NCBI GenBank assembly: GCA_035627595.1
Contig: DASPLK010000001.1
Span: 5,619-69,618 of the forward strand
Direction: 5' to 3'
DNA length: 64,000 bases
Source: Minisyncoccota bacterium
Lineage (GTDB): Bacteria > Patescibacteriota > Minisyncoccia > Phycocordibacterales > Phycocordibacteraceae
The position numbers were made by a program, and so were the translations under genes. The first letter of the stretch is position 1. Each line of letters begins with the position of its first letter. This document shows, piece by piece, positions 47,339-55,445 of the stretch. A model generated the notes under the pieces. That model was not told where the DNA came from. It saw nothing but the letters and a program-made list of their open reading frames with translations, and made no database searches.

Positions 47339-47665
47339 CTAATTCGCACTTGTGCCGGGTGGTACGGGCTGCTCTGGAATAAGAAATGCAAATGATTCCC
47401 CCTGCCCTACCGCAAATAGCATGCCGTTTGATTCTAGCCCCATGAGTTTCCGAGGCGAGAGATTCGTCACAAAGGGCAGCTGCTTACCGATAAGGTCTTC
47501 CGGTTCGCTGATGTACGCCTGGATGCCTGAAACGATCTGTCGCGGCTCTTCTTCACCAAGATCAACCATGAGCCGCACGAGCTTCTCGCTTTCTGGCACG
47601 CGCTCAGCGGAGATTATGGTGCCTATCTTTACTTCTACCTTTGAAAACTCATCGTAGCTGATCAT
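47339..47665 (-). CDS. Stand-alone tRNA-binding (EMAP/Myf, CsaA/YgjH-like) domain protein; the ORF track extends to 47839
   Basis: FSKVEVKIGTIISAERVPESEKLVRLMVDLGEE...IVSGIQAYI...LIGKQLPFVTNLSPRKLMGLESNGML is the OB-fold seen at the C-terminus of long MetRS. Confidence 0.7.
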   Translation of the reverse strand: MISYDEFSKVEVKIGTIISAERVPESEKLVRLMVDLGEEEPRQIVSGIQAYISEPEDLIGKQLPFVTNLSPRKLMGLESNGMLFAVGQGESFAFLIPEQPVPPGTSAN

Positions 47666-48056
47666 GGTTCTTTTGCTTATCGAGAAAGCTGGTAAGTATG
47701 AGGGCTGCTGCTGAGGAGTCCACTGCTCCCTTGGTGCGTATTCCCTCGAAGTCGCGGCGCGCTTCCTGCGTCGTGAGCATCTCTGGCTCATAAAAGACTG
47801 TAAGGCCGGTCTCTTCCTCAAGAGCCTTCGCAAACTCACGCGCTTCTTTGGCGACTGGATTCTCCGCGCCTGAGAAGTCGAGCGACTCCCCCATCACAAT
47901 CGCCCCCACCCGCTCGCGTTCGATGAGGTTCTTAACACTTCCAAGAAGGAGCGGGTCGTTCGGAAGTATCGCGTGCGGAAATCCCATGACTCCCGCATCG
48001 TCCGAAAGCGCAATACCCACACGCTTGGTGCCGTAGTCGATGCCGAGATGCTTCAT
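47649..48056 (-). CDS. ruvX: Holliday-junction resolvase-like nuclease RuvX/YqgF; the ORF track extends to 48134
   Basis: MKHLGIDYGTKRVGIALSD (RNase H-like N-terminus with the DxG motif). Confidence 0.8.
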   Translation of the reverse strand: MKHLGIDYGTKRVGIALSDDAGVMGFPHAILPNDPLLLGSVKNLIERERVGAIVMGESLDFSGAENPVAKEAREFAKALEEETGLTVFYEPEMLTTQEARRDFEGIRTKGAVDSSAAALILTSFLDKQKNHDQLR

Positions 48057-48094
48057 GGAAGGCATGGTACCAGAAAACATGCTAGTATCGCGGC

Positions 48095-48352
48095 ATGCAG
48101 CAGCAGCTAGAGAGCCAGATGGGCGTGGAAGCACTCGCGGCAGGGTTCGGACTTACTCCCGGCGTCTTTCTCGCAATCTTCCTTCTCGTGTCCGTATGGT
48201 CGCTTGCGATCAAGGGATACGCGCTCTGGCACGCTGCGCGCGAGGGTCAGCGCACGTGGTACATCGCCCTATTGGTCGTGAATACGTTTGGCATCCTTGA
48301 GCTCGCATACCTCTTGTTCTTCCGTCTTAAAGACGAGGAGGAAGAGGCATAA
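48095..48352 (+). CDS. Small two-TM membrane protein with an acidic C-terminus
   Basis: 85 aa with two hydrophobic helices. It ends with KDEEEEA. Confidence 0.4.
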   Translation: MQQQLESQMGVEALAAGFGLTPGVFLAIFLLVSVWSLAIKGYALWHAAREGQRTWYIALLVVNTFGILELAYLLFFRLKDEEEEA

Positions 48353-48358
48353 CACCCT

Positions 48359-48443
48359 GGAGGGGTGCGTGAGTGGTCGAAACGAGCTGTCTTGAAAACA
48401 GCCGGGCCGCAAGGTCCCGTGGGTTCGAATCCCACCCCCTCCG
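48359..48443 (+). tRNA. tRNA-Ser (TGA), long variable arm
   Basis: GGAGGGGTGCGTGAGTGGTCGAAACGAGCTGTCTTGAAAACAGCCGGGCCGCAAGGTCCCGTGGGTTCGAATCCCACCCCCTCCG. The anticodon loop is CTTGAAA. Confidence 0.8.
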
Positions 48444-48475
48444 CCTCATTAGTGCACCCATGCTAGTGTTCCTAC

Positions 48476-48826
48476 ATGGAATCAGTGCCCACAAACGATC
48501 CGCAGAAGCGATTTGAAGAATCTCCGGAGGCGCTTCGCCCCGGAAACGTGCTTACCTACCACGCTGAGGACGGCGGGTATTTCATCTCACAGTTCGGGTG
48601 GAGAGTAGAGACCTTGCCTGAGGGCATGGAGATTAAAACGAAGAGCTTTGCGTTAGTCGTTGGTGTCGCCATGCCGGAAAGTACAGGCAAGATCGTGCGC
48701 AAGGATGGGAAAATACTTTTCATTGCGAACGACGGTTTTTCGAAAGGATTCGAGTCAAAGTTTTTCAATGGAGATGTTGTTGAGATCGTTTCGCTTCCAG
48801 ATACGCAGAACGAAACGGGTGCGTAA
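48476..48826 (+). CDS. Hypothetical protein
   Basis: 116 aa with protein-like composition. No motif recognised. Confidence 0.35.
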   Translation: MESVPTNDPQKRFEESPEALRPGNVLTYHAEDGGYFISQFGWRVETLPEGMEIKTKSFALVVGVAMPESTGKIVRKDGKILFIANDGFSKGFESKFFNGDVVEIVSLPDTQNETGA

Positions 48827-48847
48827 CGCACACAGCGCACCGCGCTG

Positions 48848-49339
48848 GTGCTATCATCTACGCATATGCCGCGACCGCCGGTCTTTGAATGGCAAGGGAG
48901 AGAATATGTATTCGAAGAGAAGAGCGCCGACTGGTACTGGGCGCTCGGCATCATTGCTATCGCTGCGATCGTTGCGTGCGTTCTATTCAATAACATTCTC
49001 CTCGGACTCGTCATCGCGGCGGCGGCAGTCGCGGTCGCGCTTAACGCGGCCAAGCATTCGCGCATCCATCGTTTCCAAATCACCGACGACGGTATAGTTG
49101 TCGATCAGAACCTCTACCCTTACAGCAACATGCTGCATTTTTCAGTTCTCGAATATCCAGACCCCACCTGGCCCCCTGCCCTTTCTATTAAGACCAAGAG
49201 TTTTCTAGTACCACATCTCCTTATACCAATTGTTGGCCCTGACCCGGAGGATGTGTACGAGTACGTACTCAATCACCTCCCGGAAGGGCGTCATGACGAG
49301 TCGATCATCGACAGCATCATCGACATGCTCCGTCTCTAA
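48848..49339 (+). CDS. Hypothetical membrane protein (two TM helices near the N-terminus)
   Basis: WYWALGIIAIAAIVACVLFNNILLGLVIAAAAVAVAL, then a soluble ~100-aa region. Confidence 0.4.
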   Translation: MLSSTHMPRPPVFEWQGREYVFEEKSADWYWALGIIAIAAIVACVLFNNILLGLVIAAAAVAVALNAAKHSRIHRFQITDDGIVVDQNLYPYSNMLHFSVLEYPDPTWPPALSIKTKSFLVPHLLIPIVGPDPEDVYEYVLNHLPEGRHDESIIDSIIDMLRL

Positions 49340-49384
49340 CGCTTGCAGATACGCCCTTTAAACGGTACAGTCAGCAACGTTCCT

Positions 49385-49456
49385 GCTCTCGTCGTTCAAT
49401 GGATAGGACGCAACTTTGCGGAAGTTGTAATGTAGGTTCGATTCCTACCGAGAGCA
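49385..49456 (+). tRNA. tRNA-Arg with anticodon GCG (not the usual bacterial ACG); paralog of the tRNA at 50109
   Basis: GCTCTCGTCGTTCAATGGATAGGACGCAACTTTGCGGAAGTTGTAATGTAGGTTCGATTCCTACCGAGAGCA. Anticodon stem CAACT/AGTTG, loop TTGCGGA. Confidence 0.6.
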
Positions 49457-49469
49457 CTAGATATACATG

Positions 49470-49497
49470 AAAAGGGACGGCCGGGCCGTCCCTTTTC
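49470..49497. terminator. Bidirectional terminator (aaaagggacggccgggccgtcccttttc)
   Basis: Perfect hairpin between tRNA-Arg(GCG) and the convergent membrane-protein gene. Confidence 0.5.
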
Positions 49498-49498
49498 G

Positions 49499-50107
49499 TT
49501 AGCGGAGCACGTGCGCGATCCTTCGTGAGAGCACAGGGATTTCCAGCGTGTCGTTTCGCACCACCCACTTATACAGAGCTGGCGAAAGCGCGAGCGTGAA
49601 TACGACGGTGCCCAACAGATGCATGAGGGTGAACGGAATCTGGCCAATCACTGCAACCATCAATGACTGCCCGAAGAAGATCGGGCCGGTCATAAGTCCC
49701 GTCACCGCGTCATAGACGAGCGTTCCTACGATACCGAACGCGAGGAAGTTCTTCGTGGAGGCCTTCCTGTTCTGGAAGAAGAGGTGCGCGCCAGCACCCA
49801 AAGCGCCGTACATGAATCCGGTGACCACCGTCCACATACCAATACCAGAGGTCACGAGATCAAAGAGCGCGATGCCGAGGAAGCCAAAAAGGAAGGAGGT
49901 GAGGAAACCGAAGCGAGTCGCAAACGGCATCATAGTCGCAAGCATCGGCTCAAAGTTCGCCGGGCGCATGGGAAGAAGGCGGATAAGGAAGACCGCCGCG
50001 AAGCCGATAATGAGCTTGAGCCAGCCGGTTTTAATAGAGATGGTCTGCATAGGAATCCCATTGTAGCCGAGGAGAGCCCAAGGTCCAACCGTGGTATAAC
50101 TGCCCAA
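49499..50107 (-). CDS. ECF-transporter S-component-like membrane protein (6 TM); the start is possibly Met20 (50050)
   Basis: ~185-aa core with 6 hydrophobic helices and a loop, LIRLLPMRPANFEPMLATMMPFATRFG, of the kind seen in ECF substrate-capture proteins. Confidence 0.45.
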   Translation of the reverse strand: MGSYTTVGPWALLGYNGIPMQTISIKTGWLKLIIGFAAVFLIRLLPMRPANFEPMLATMMPFATRFGFLTSFLFGFLGIALFDLVTSGIGMWTVVTGFMYGALGAGAHLFFQNRKASTKNFLAFGIVGTLVYDAVTGLMTGPIFFGQSLMVAVIGQIPFTLMHLLGTVVFTLALSPALYKWVVRNDTLEIPVLSRRIAHVLR

Positions 50108-50108
50108 C

Positions 50109-50180
50109 GCTCTCGTCGTTCAATGGATAGGACATCTCCCTCCGAAGGAGGCAATGCAGGTTCGATTCCTGCCGGGAGCA
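50109..50180 (+). tRNA. tRNA-Arg (CCG)
   Basis: GCTCTCGTCGTTCAATGGATAGGACATCTCCCTCCGAAGGAGGCAATGCAGGTTCGATTCCTGCCGGGAGCA. The first 25 nt are identical to the tRNA at 49385. Confidence 0.75.
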
Positions 50181-50310
50181 CTAAACTTGTGTGCTTTCCA
50201 CTACTAGGTACAATAGCCCCAGGCTGTCTGCCGAGAGTAGTCTCGGATTCGCATTGAGCGAATAGGAAATGGGGTTCAATTCCCCTACTGTGCCGCAACG
50301 GTAATGCCCC

Positions 50311-50937
50311 TTGGGACGAGTCCGGTCATCAGACAGCCTATTATTCCCGAGCAGGAGCGTGCGCTTCAATATGGATTCCACAACTCTGCTCGTGCGGAGC
50401 TTTTTATTTATCTCTATGACCCGACGAACTCTTCTTCTCATCGCCCCTCTTCTGATCGTGCTCGTACTTATCGCTGCCTATGCACTTAAGCCACAAGCTG
50501 AAGCACCCGCGATACCAGAACAGGCGCAGGAAAATACTGAAGTGCCGGTAGAAGCTTCTGAGAATGAAGAGCCGGCGCCGGTTGAAGATCCGGTGTTCGC
50601 AGTCGCGAAGCGTGAAGCGGCAGCTGATATGTCAGCAGCACTTGCGCCAGCAACGGCGACAATGATTGTTGAGGGCATCTCTCATCCGGTCCGAGCGCCT
50701 GAAGGCGCGACGATCGAGGAAGCGATGGCAGGACTTAGGGCCGAGGGTGTGCTTACGTACAAGCTGCGCTCATACACGGGCCTCGGCTCCTTCGTCACGG
50801 AGATAAATGGAAAGTCCGACACGAACGAGTACTATTGGATCCTCCATATAAATGGCAAGAAGTCGGCAACCGGCATCTCGCAGACGCGCATTAGCTCTGG
50901 TGACGTTGTCGAATGGAAATATGAACATAAGTATTAG
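50311..50937 (+). CDS. Membrane-anchored DUF4430-domain protein (transcobalamin beta-domain-like)
   Basis: N-terminal TM helix and a Pro/Glu/Ala linker. The C-terminal domain ends ...NEYYWILHINGKKSATGISQTRISSGDVVEWKYE (the YW..NG...G.....L..GD.V.W motif of DUF4430). Confidence 0.55.
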   Translation: MGRVRSSDSLLFPSRSVRFNMDSTTLLVRSFLFISMTRRTLLLIAPLLIVLVLIAAYALKPQAEAPAIPEQAQENTEVPVEASENEEPAPVEDPVFAVAKREAAADMSAALAPATATMIVEGISHPVRAPEGATIEEAMAGLRAEGVLTYKLRSYTGLGSFVTEINGKSDTNEYYWILHINGKKSATGISQTRISSGDVVEWKYEHKY

Positions 50938-50941
50938 AGCT

Positions 50942-53230
50942 ATGCGCGTACCCGTTACCCTTCTTGTTACCCTTTCACTTTTAGTAAGTTCCCTGCCGCT
51001 TCACGCGCTTGCGGAAGATCTTCCGGTTGAGCCGGCACAAATCGTCGAGCCGACCGCCGTTCCTCAGGAACCCGCGCCTGAGGTGGCTATGCCGGTAGAA
51101 CCGGTACCCACCGCTCCGATTGAAGCACCGGTAGAGATCCCTGTTCCTGTAATCGAGGAGCCGATTGTTGTAATGCCGCAGATGCAGTTGATGACCGCTG
51201 CAGCAGAGCCACTTGAGACGGAGCCAGTGCATTTTGACCTGACCGGCTCTATCGAACTCTCCAACGGCTGCGTCATTACGGATGAGTCTGGTACAGAACA
51301 CGTCTTTCCTACTGCGACGACAACTGAATACCTGGCGGTGTGTGCGCTTGTTGAGGCAGTAGAGGAAGGAGTCATATCTGAAGTCTCCGTCACTGACGCG
51401 AGCTTCGGCCTCTATGTATCAAGCATCAATGGTGTTGCCGCGGGTGCTAATGAGTACTGGTCGCTCTGGGTTAACGGAGGGTACGGCAATTGCGGCATAA
51501 GCTGCCAGACGCTTTCCGCAGGCGACACTATTATCCTCATCCGTACGCACTCTGTCCCCGATGAAAGTGACCCGAACATATATGTAGAGACCCAGCTGGA
51601 TCGACTTGAAATTAATGTCGACGCGCTTGTCGAGACGTATGACAACATACTTGTTCCTGATAGCTGCTCAGTCATAGACACAGTCGGTGTAACTCACGAT
51701 TTCCCTGTTGTGAGCGATTTGCTTGGCGTGTGCGCACTTGTCGCCGCAACCGCAGAAAGCCACATCACTGGCTACGAGCTCAAGAACGAAACATTCGGTC
51801 TATATGTGACCAGCGTTAACGCTATTGCCGCGGGCACCAACGAATACTGGTCCCTTTGGATCAATGATGGGTACGCGAATTGCGGTGTTAGCTGCCAAAC
51901 ACTTTCTTTGGGTGACCGCATGGCGCTCATTCGTACGGCGTACGATCCAGTTACGTATGCTGAGACGCAGCTCGAGCGCGTTGAGTTCCGCGTTATCGGC
52001 TCAGTACATGTGGAAGCCAATGAAGAAGATCCAGGCACCGGAGGCACGGGCGGTAGCGGCGAAGAGAATGAGGATGGCGCATTTGATGTGGCACGAGCAT
52101 TCTCATACCTAGCAGGCCTACAAGAAGAGGATGGTTCTATCGAGAATGACCTTGTAACTGACTGGGCTGCAATTGCCTTCTCAGTTTCAGGAGCACCAGC
52201 TTCTGCCAAATCACTCCTAAAGCAGTACTTGAAGGAGGAAGAGACTGACCTTGATACACCTTCCGATTACATACGCCACGCGATGGCAATGCTCGCACTC
52301 AACCTGAATCCGTATTCGGCAGGTCCCGAGGACTACATCACTCCGGTCGTTGAATCGTTCGATGGTACACAGCTCGGAGAGGATCGGTACATCAACGACG
52401 ATGTGTTTGCGCTCTTTCCGCTTACGCACGCCGGGTACGATGAGGACGACGAAATCATCCAGAAGACTGTCGCATTCCTTATAAGCCAGCAGGGATCTAA
52501 CGGCTCATGGGAAGGTATCGACCTTACTGCAGCTGCCATTCAAGCGCTCGTACCGCTCTCCTCGCTTCCAGGCGTCCCCGACGCGCTTACGCGTGCGGAG
52601 GCATATCTCAGAGCTAGCCAGGAGAGCGATGGTGGGTTTGGCGATCCATTTGCCACCCCATGGGTCATCCAGGCCATAGAGGCACTTGGAGACTCCCCAG
52701 AATCCTGGGAAGTTAACGGCAATACGCCACTTAGCTATCTGGCATCGATTCAGAATGGAGATGGAAGCGTAACGACTGCCTCCGGCACGGTAAATGATGC
52801 CGCATGGGCTACTGCATACGCGATCGCAGCCGCTAAGGGCGACACTTGGCATGATCTTCTAGACGACGTGAATAGACAGGAGCCTACGGTAGGCGATGAT
52901 GACGATAATAGCGGCAGCAACTCCTCAGATGAGGAAGATTCTGAAGGCGAGGTGCTCGGCACGACGGATGAGATAACTCCCGAGCCACTTACCCCTTCGT
53001 TCACCTTCGAGACTCCTATAGAGGCGCCGGCGCGCACTGTAGCGAAGGCGGCTACTGCTCCCGTGCCAGCAACAGAGGAATCTCTTGTTGAGGAGGAAAC
53101 CGACAATGAGGTTGCTGCGCCTACGCAAACAGCAAGCACCGCAGACGCACCAGGCGGCTCTTGGCTCATGCAAACGCTCGGCTCCTTATGGAGCGGATTC
53201 GTAAACTTCTTGAAGAGCTTGTTCTCCTAA
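50942..53230 (+). CDS. Large surface protein: signal peptide, Pro-rich linker, 2x DUF4430, then an alpha/alpha-toroid (prenyltransferase-like QxxDGSW repeats); the ORF track starts at 50852
   Basis: Repeats end ...NEYWSLWVNGGYGNCGISCQTLSAGDTIILI and ...NEYWSLWINDGYANCGVSCQTLSLGDRMALI. The toroid motifs are ISQQGSNGSWEG, ASQESDGGFGDPF and ASIQNGDGSV. An acidic tract and a hydrophobic C-terminus follow. Confidence 0.6.
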   Translation: MRVPVTLLVTLSLLVSSLPLHALAEDLPVEPAQIVEPTAVPQEPAPEVAMPVEPVPTAPIEAPVEIPVPVIEEPIVVMPQMQLMTAAAEPLETEPVHFDLTGSIELSNGCVITDESGTEHVFPTATTTEYLAVCALVEAVEEGVISEVSVTDASFGLYVSSINGVAAGANEYWSLWVNGGYGNCGISCQTLSAGDTIILIRTHSVPDESDPNIYVETQLDRLEINVDALVETYDNILVPDSCSVIDTVGVTHDFPVVSDLLGVCALVAATAESHITGYELKNETFGLYVTSVNAIAAGTNEYWSLWINDGYANCGVSCQTLSLGDRMALIRTAYDPVTYAETQLERVEFRVIGSVHVEANEEDPGTGGTGGSGEENEDGAFDVARAFSYLAGLQEEDGSIENDLVTDWAAIAFSVSGAPASAKSLLKQYLKEEETDLDTPSDYIRHAMAMLALNLNPYSAGPEDYITPVVESFDGTQLGEDRYINDDVFALFPLTHAGYDEDDEIIQKTVAFLISQQGSNGSWEGIDLTAAAIQALVPLSSLPGVPDALTRAEAYLRASQESDGGFGDPFATPWVIQAIEALGDSPESWEVNGNTPLSYLASIQNGDGSVTTASGTVNDAAWATAYAIAAAKGDTWHDLLDDVNRQEPTVGDDDDNSGSNSSDEEDSEGEVLGTTDEITPEPLTPSFTFETPIEAPARTVAKAATAPVPATEESLVEEETDNEVAAPTQTASTADAPGGSWLMQTLGSLWSGFVNFLKSLFS

Positions 53231-53268
53231 ACGAAAAGCGGCCCGGATATCCGGGCCGCTTTTCGTTT
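53229..53268. terminator. Bidirectional terminator (aaacgaaaagcggcccggatatccgggccgcttttcgttt) between the surface-protein gene and rpsT
   Basis: Long perfect palindrome. Confidence 0.55.
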
Positions 53269-53275
53269 AGGAGCG

Positions 53276-53542
53276 TTAGGCTGAGACGCGAGCGATCGAT
53301 CTCGCGAGGCGCGACTTCTTCCTGGATGCAGTGTTCTTCTTGATGATGCCGCGCTTTGCTGCCTTATCAATAGCCTTGTAGGCAGCGGAGAGCGAAGTAG
53401 AAGCTGTCTTGGTATCGCCTGCAGTTACGGCCTTCTTCACGACCTTGGTGGTCGCGGTGAGAACGCGCTTGCGGCGCAGGTTGAAGACGTGCTTCTTGAG
53501 GGAAGCGCGGTGGGCCTTCTTAGCTGATTTGGTGATTGCCAT
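53276..53542 (-). CDS. rpsT: 30S ribosomal protein S20
   Basis: MAITKSAKKAHRASLKKHVFNLRRKR... Confidence 0.9.
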   Translation of the reverse strand: MAITKSAKKAHRASLKKHVFNLRRKRVLTATTKVVKKAVTAGDTKTASTSLSAAYKAIDKAAKRGIIKKNTASRKKSRLARSIARVSA

Positions 53543-53612
53543 ATGTAGCAGAATCCTACGCTAGAGCGCCCATATACGCAAGTTTTAGGGCTAAAAGTGG
53601 TACGATACCCCT

Positions 53613-54167
53613 ATGATTCGCCAGGTGACCGGTACCGTGCTCGAAGTAGAGGGCGCATGCGTCATCATCGACGTCGCCGGATTCGGCATCTCCCTTCGAG
53701 TTCCAGGTACCGAGTCCTTTACCCCCGGACAGCAGGTGACCCTGAAGACCCATATGGCCGTGAAGCAGGATGGCATCGAGCTCTACGGCTTCTCTGACCC
53801 TAAAGATCTCGCATTCTTTGAGCTTTGCCTTACGGTTCCTGGCGTTGGACCCAAGACTGCGCTCTCTTTTCTTGTACGCTCGCCGCGCGAAGCCTTGGAA
53901 GCGGCGATCGGACGCCGCGATCTCTCATACCTTACAAGGGTTGTTGGGCTTGGAAAGAAGGCTGCGGAAAAATTGATGGTCGAGCTTTCAGAAAAGATGG
54001 GTGTTGGTGAGGGAGAGCACCAGGGTGACGATGCTGAGGTGTTCGACACTCTGGTCGCGCTTGGGTATACAGATCGCGAGGCCAGAAAGGCGCTAGCCGC
54101 AGTTCCGCTCCATGTGACCGGGCGCGATGCGCGGCTGAAAGCAGCGCTTTCACAGGGACCCTCCTAA
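53613..54167 (+). CDS. ruvA: Holliday junction branch migration protein RuvA
   Basis: MIRQVTGTVLEVEGACVIIDVAGFGISLRV OB domain, HhH motifs (VPGVGPKTAL, VVGLGKKAAEKLMVEL) and a C-terminal RuvB-binding domain. Confidence 0.9.
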   Translation: MIRQVTGTVLEVEGACVIIDVAGFGISLRVPGTESFTPGQQVTLKTHMAVKQDGIELYGFSDPKDLAFFELCLTVPGVGPKTALSFLVRSPREALEAAIGRRDLSYLTRVVGLGKKAAEKLMVELSEKMGVGEGEHQGDDAEVFDTLVALGYTDREARKALAAVPLHVTGRDARLKAALSQGPS

Positions 54168-54169
54168 CC

Positions 54170-55429
54170 ATGCAGGCACTTCGCTCAATTCTGCAGCGCA
54201 TACTTCCCCGCTCCTTGTACCGAGCGCTTCTTCGCCCATATCATCTTCTCTTTGCATTTCTTGCCGCCCTTCGTTATGGCTTTCCAGCAAAGGACATGAC
54301 CGTCATTGCGGTCACCGGCACAAAGGGCAAATCCTCCGTTACAGAGATGCTCTTCCATGTACTTAGCTATGCCGGCCTTCCCGCAGCGGTCGCAGGAACC
54401 ATCAGCTTCAAGATTCTCAATGAGGAGAAGCCGAACCTATTCAAAATGACCATGCCGGGGCGCGGATTCATTCAACGCTTTCTACGCGAGGCGTCTGATA
54501 AGGGAGCGAAGTATGCAGTCATTGAGGTTACCTCAGAAGCAACACTGCAGTTTCGCCACTACTTCCTTTCCTTAGACGCGCTTATATTTACGAACCTCCA
54601 GAAGGAGCACATCGAGTCGCATGGATCATTTGAGAACTACGCGCGCGCGAAACTCTCAATCGGCACCGCGCTCGCGCGCTCCGTGAAGCGTCCGCGCGCC
54701 ATTATTGCCAACGCCGACACAGTGCACAGCGAACCGTATCTTGAGCTTCCGGTCGAGGAGAAGCTCCCCTTCTCATACATAGATGCGTACGATGTTGAGC
54801 TTGGTCCCGGCACCGCCACGTTCTCATACAAAGACGCGCGCTTCACCCTCCAGCTCCCGGGCGGATTTAGCATCATGAACGCGCTTGCAGTCATCAAGGC
54901 CGCTGAATTCCTTGGCGTACCACTTCCGAAAATTGCTGAGGCGCTTTCTGATTTAAAGCGCATACCCGGACGCACCGAGCGTATTGATGTCGGACAGGAC
55001 TTCCAAGTCGTCGTCGATTACGCGCACACGCCTGACTCCTTGGAAGCCTTGTATGGCGCGTATCCAAATAGGAAAATCTGCGTACTCGGAAACACAGGCG
55101 GTGGGCGTGACACATGGAAGCGCCCTTCCATGGGTGCGATCGCGGACAAAGCATGCGACATCGTTATCCTTACGGACGAAGATCCATATGACGAGGACCC
55201 AATGAAGATCGTGCATGAGATGGCAAAGGGCATGGAGCGTACGCCGAAGATAATCATGGACCGCAGGGAGGCTATACGCGCCGCGATAGCAGAAGCGAGC
55301 ACCGGTGACTCCGTTCTCATCACCGGCAAAGGTACTGATCCGTACATCATGCGTGCAAACGGCCAGAAGGAGCCTTGGAGTGATGCACAGGTAGTTCGTG
55401 AGGAACTAGCGAAGCTCTTAGGTAAATAG
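54170..55429 (+). CDS. Mur-ligase-family protein (MurE-like central and C-terminal domains, no N-terminal UDP-substrate domain)
   Basis: The VIAVTGTKGKSS P-loop and the VVVDYAHTPDSLEALY motif (DYAHTPD is MurE-like). Only 419 aa. Confidence 0.55.
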   Translation: MQALRSILQRILPRSLYRALLRPYHLLFAFLAALRYGFPAKDMTVIAVTGTKGKSSVTEMLFHVLSYAGLPAAVAGTISFKILNEEKPNLFKMTMPGRGFIQRFLREASDKGAKYAVIEVTSEATLQFRHYFLSLDALIFTNLQKEHIESHGSFENYARAKLSIGTALARSVKRPRAIIANADTVHSEPYLELPVEEKLPFSYIDAYDVELGPGTATFSYKDARFTLQLPGGFSIMNALAVIKAAEFLGVPLPKIAEALSDLKRIPGRTERIDVGQDFQVVVDYAHTPDSLEALYGAYPNRKICVLGNTGGGRDTWKRPSMGAIADKACDIVILTDEDPYDEDPMKIVHEMAKGMERTPKIIMDRREAIRAAIAEASTGDSVLITGKGTDPYIMRANGQKEPWSDAQVVREELAKLLGK

Positions 55430-55445
55430 TTGCTATCATAGAGGT

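Noticed and set aside
48556-49083. 175-aa minus-strand ORF
   Set aside because: It overlaps two better-supported plus-strand genes and has an Ala/Ser/Thr-rich antisense composition.
50852-50941. Upstream extension of the large DUF4430 protein (the ORF track starts at 50852)
   Set aside because: The extension overlaps the preceding gene's 3' end. An ATG at 50942, directly after that gene's stop, begins a classic signal peptide (MRVPVTLLVTLSLLVSSLPLHALA), so the shorter start is preferred.
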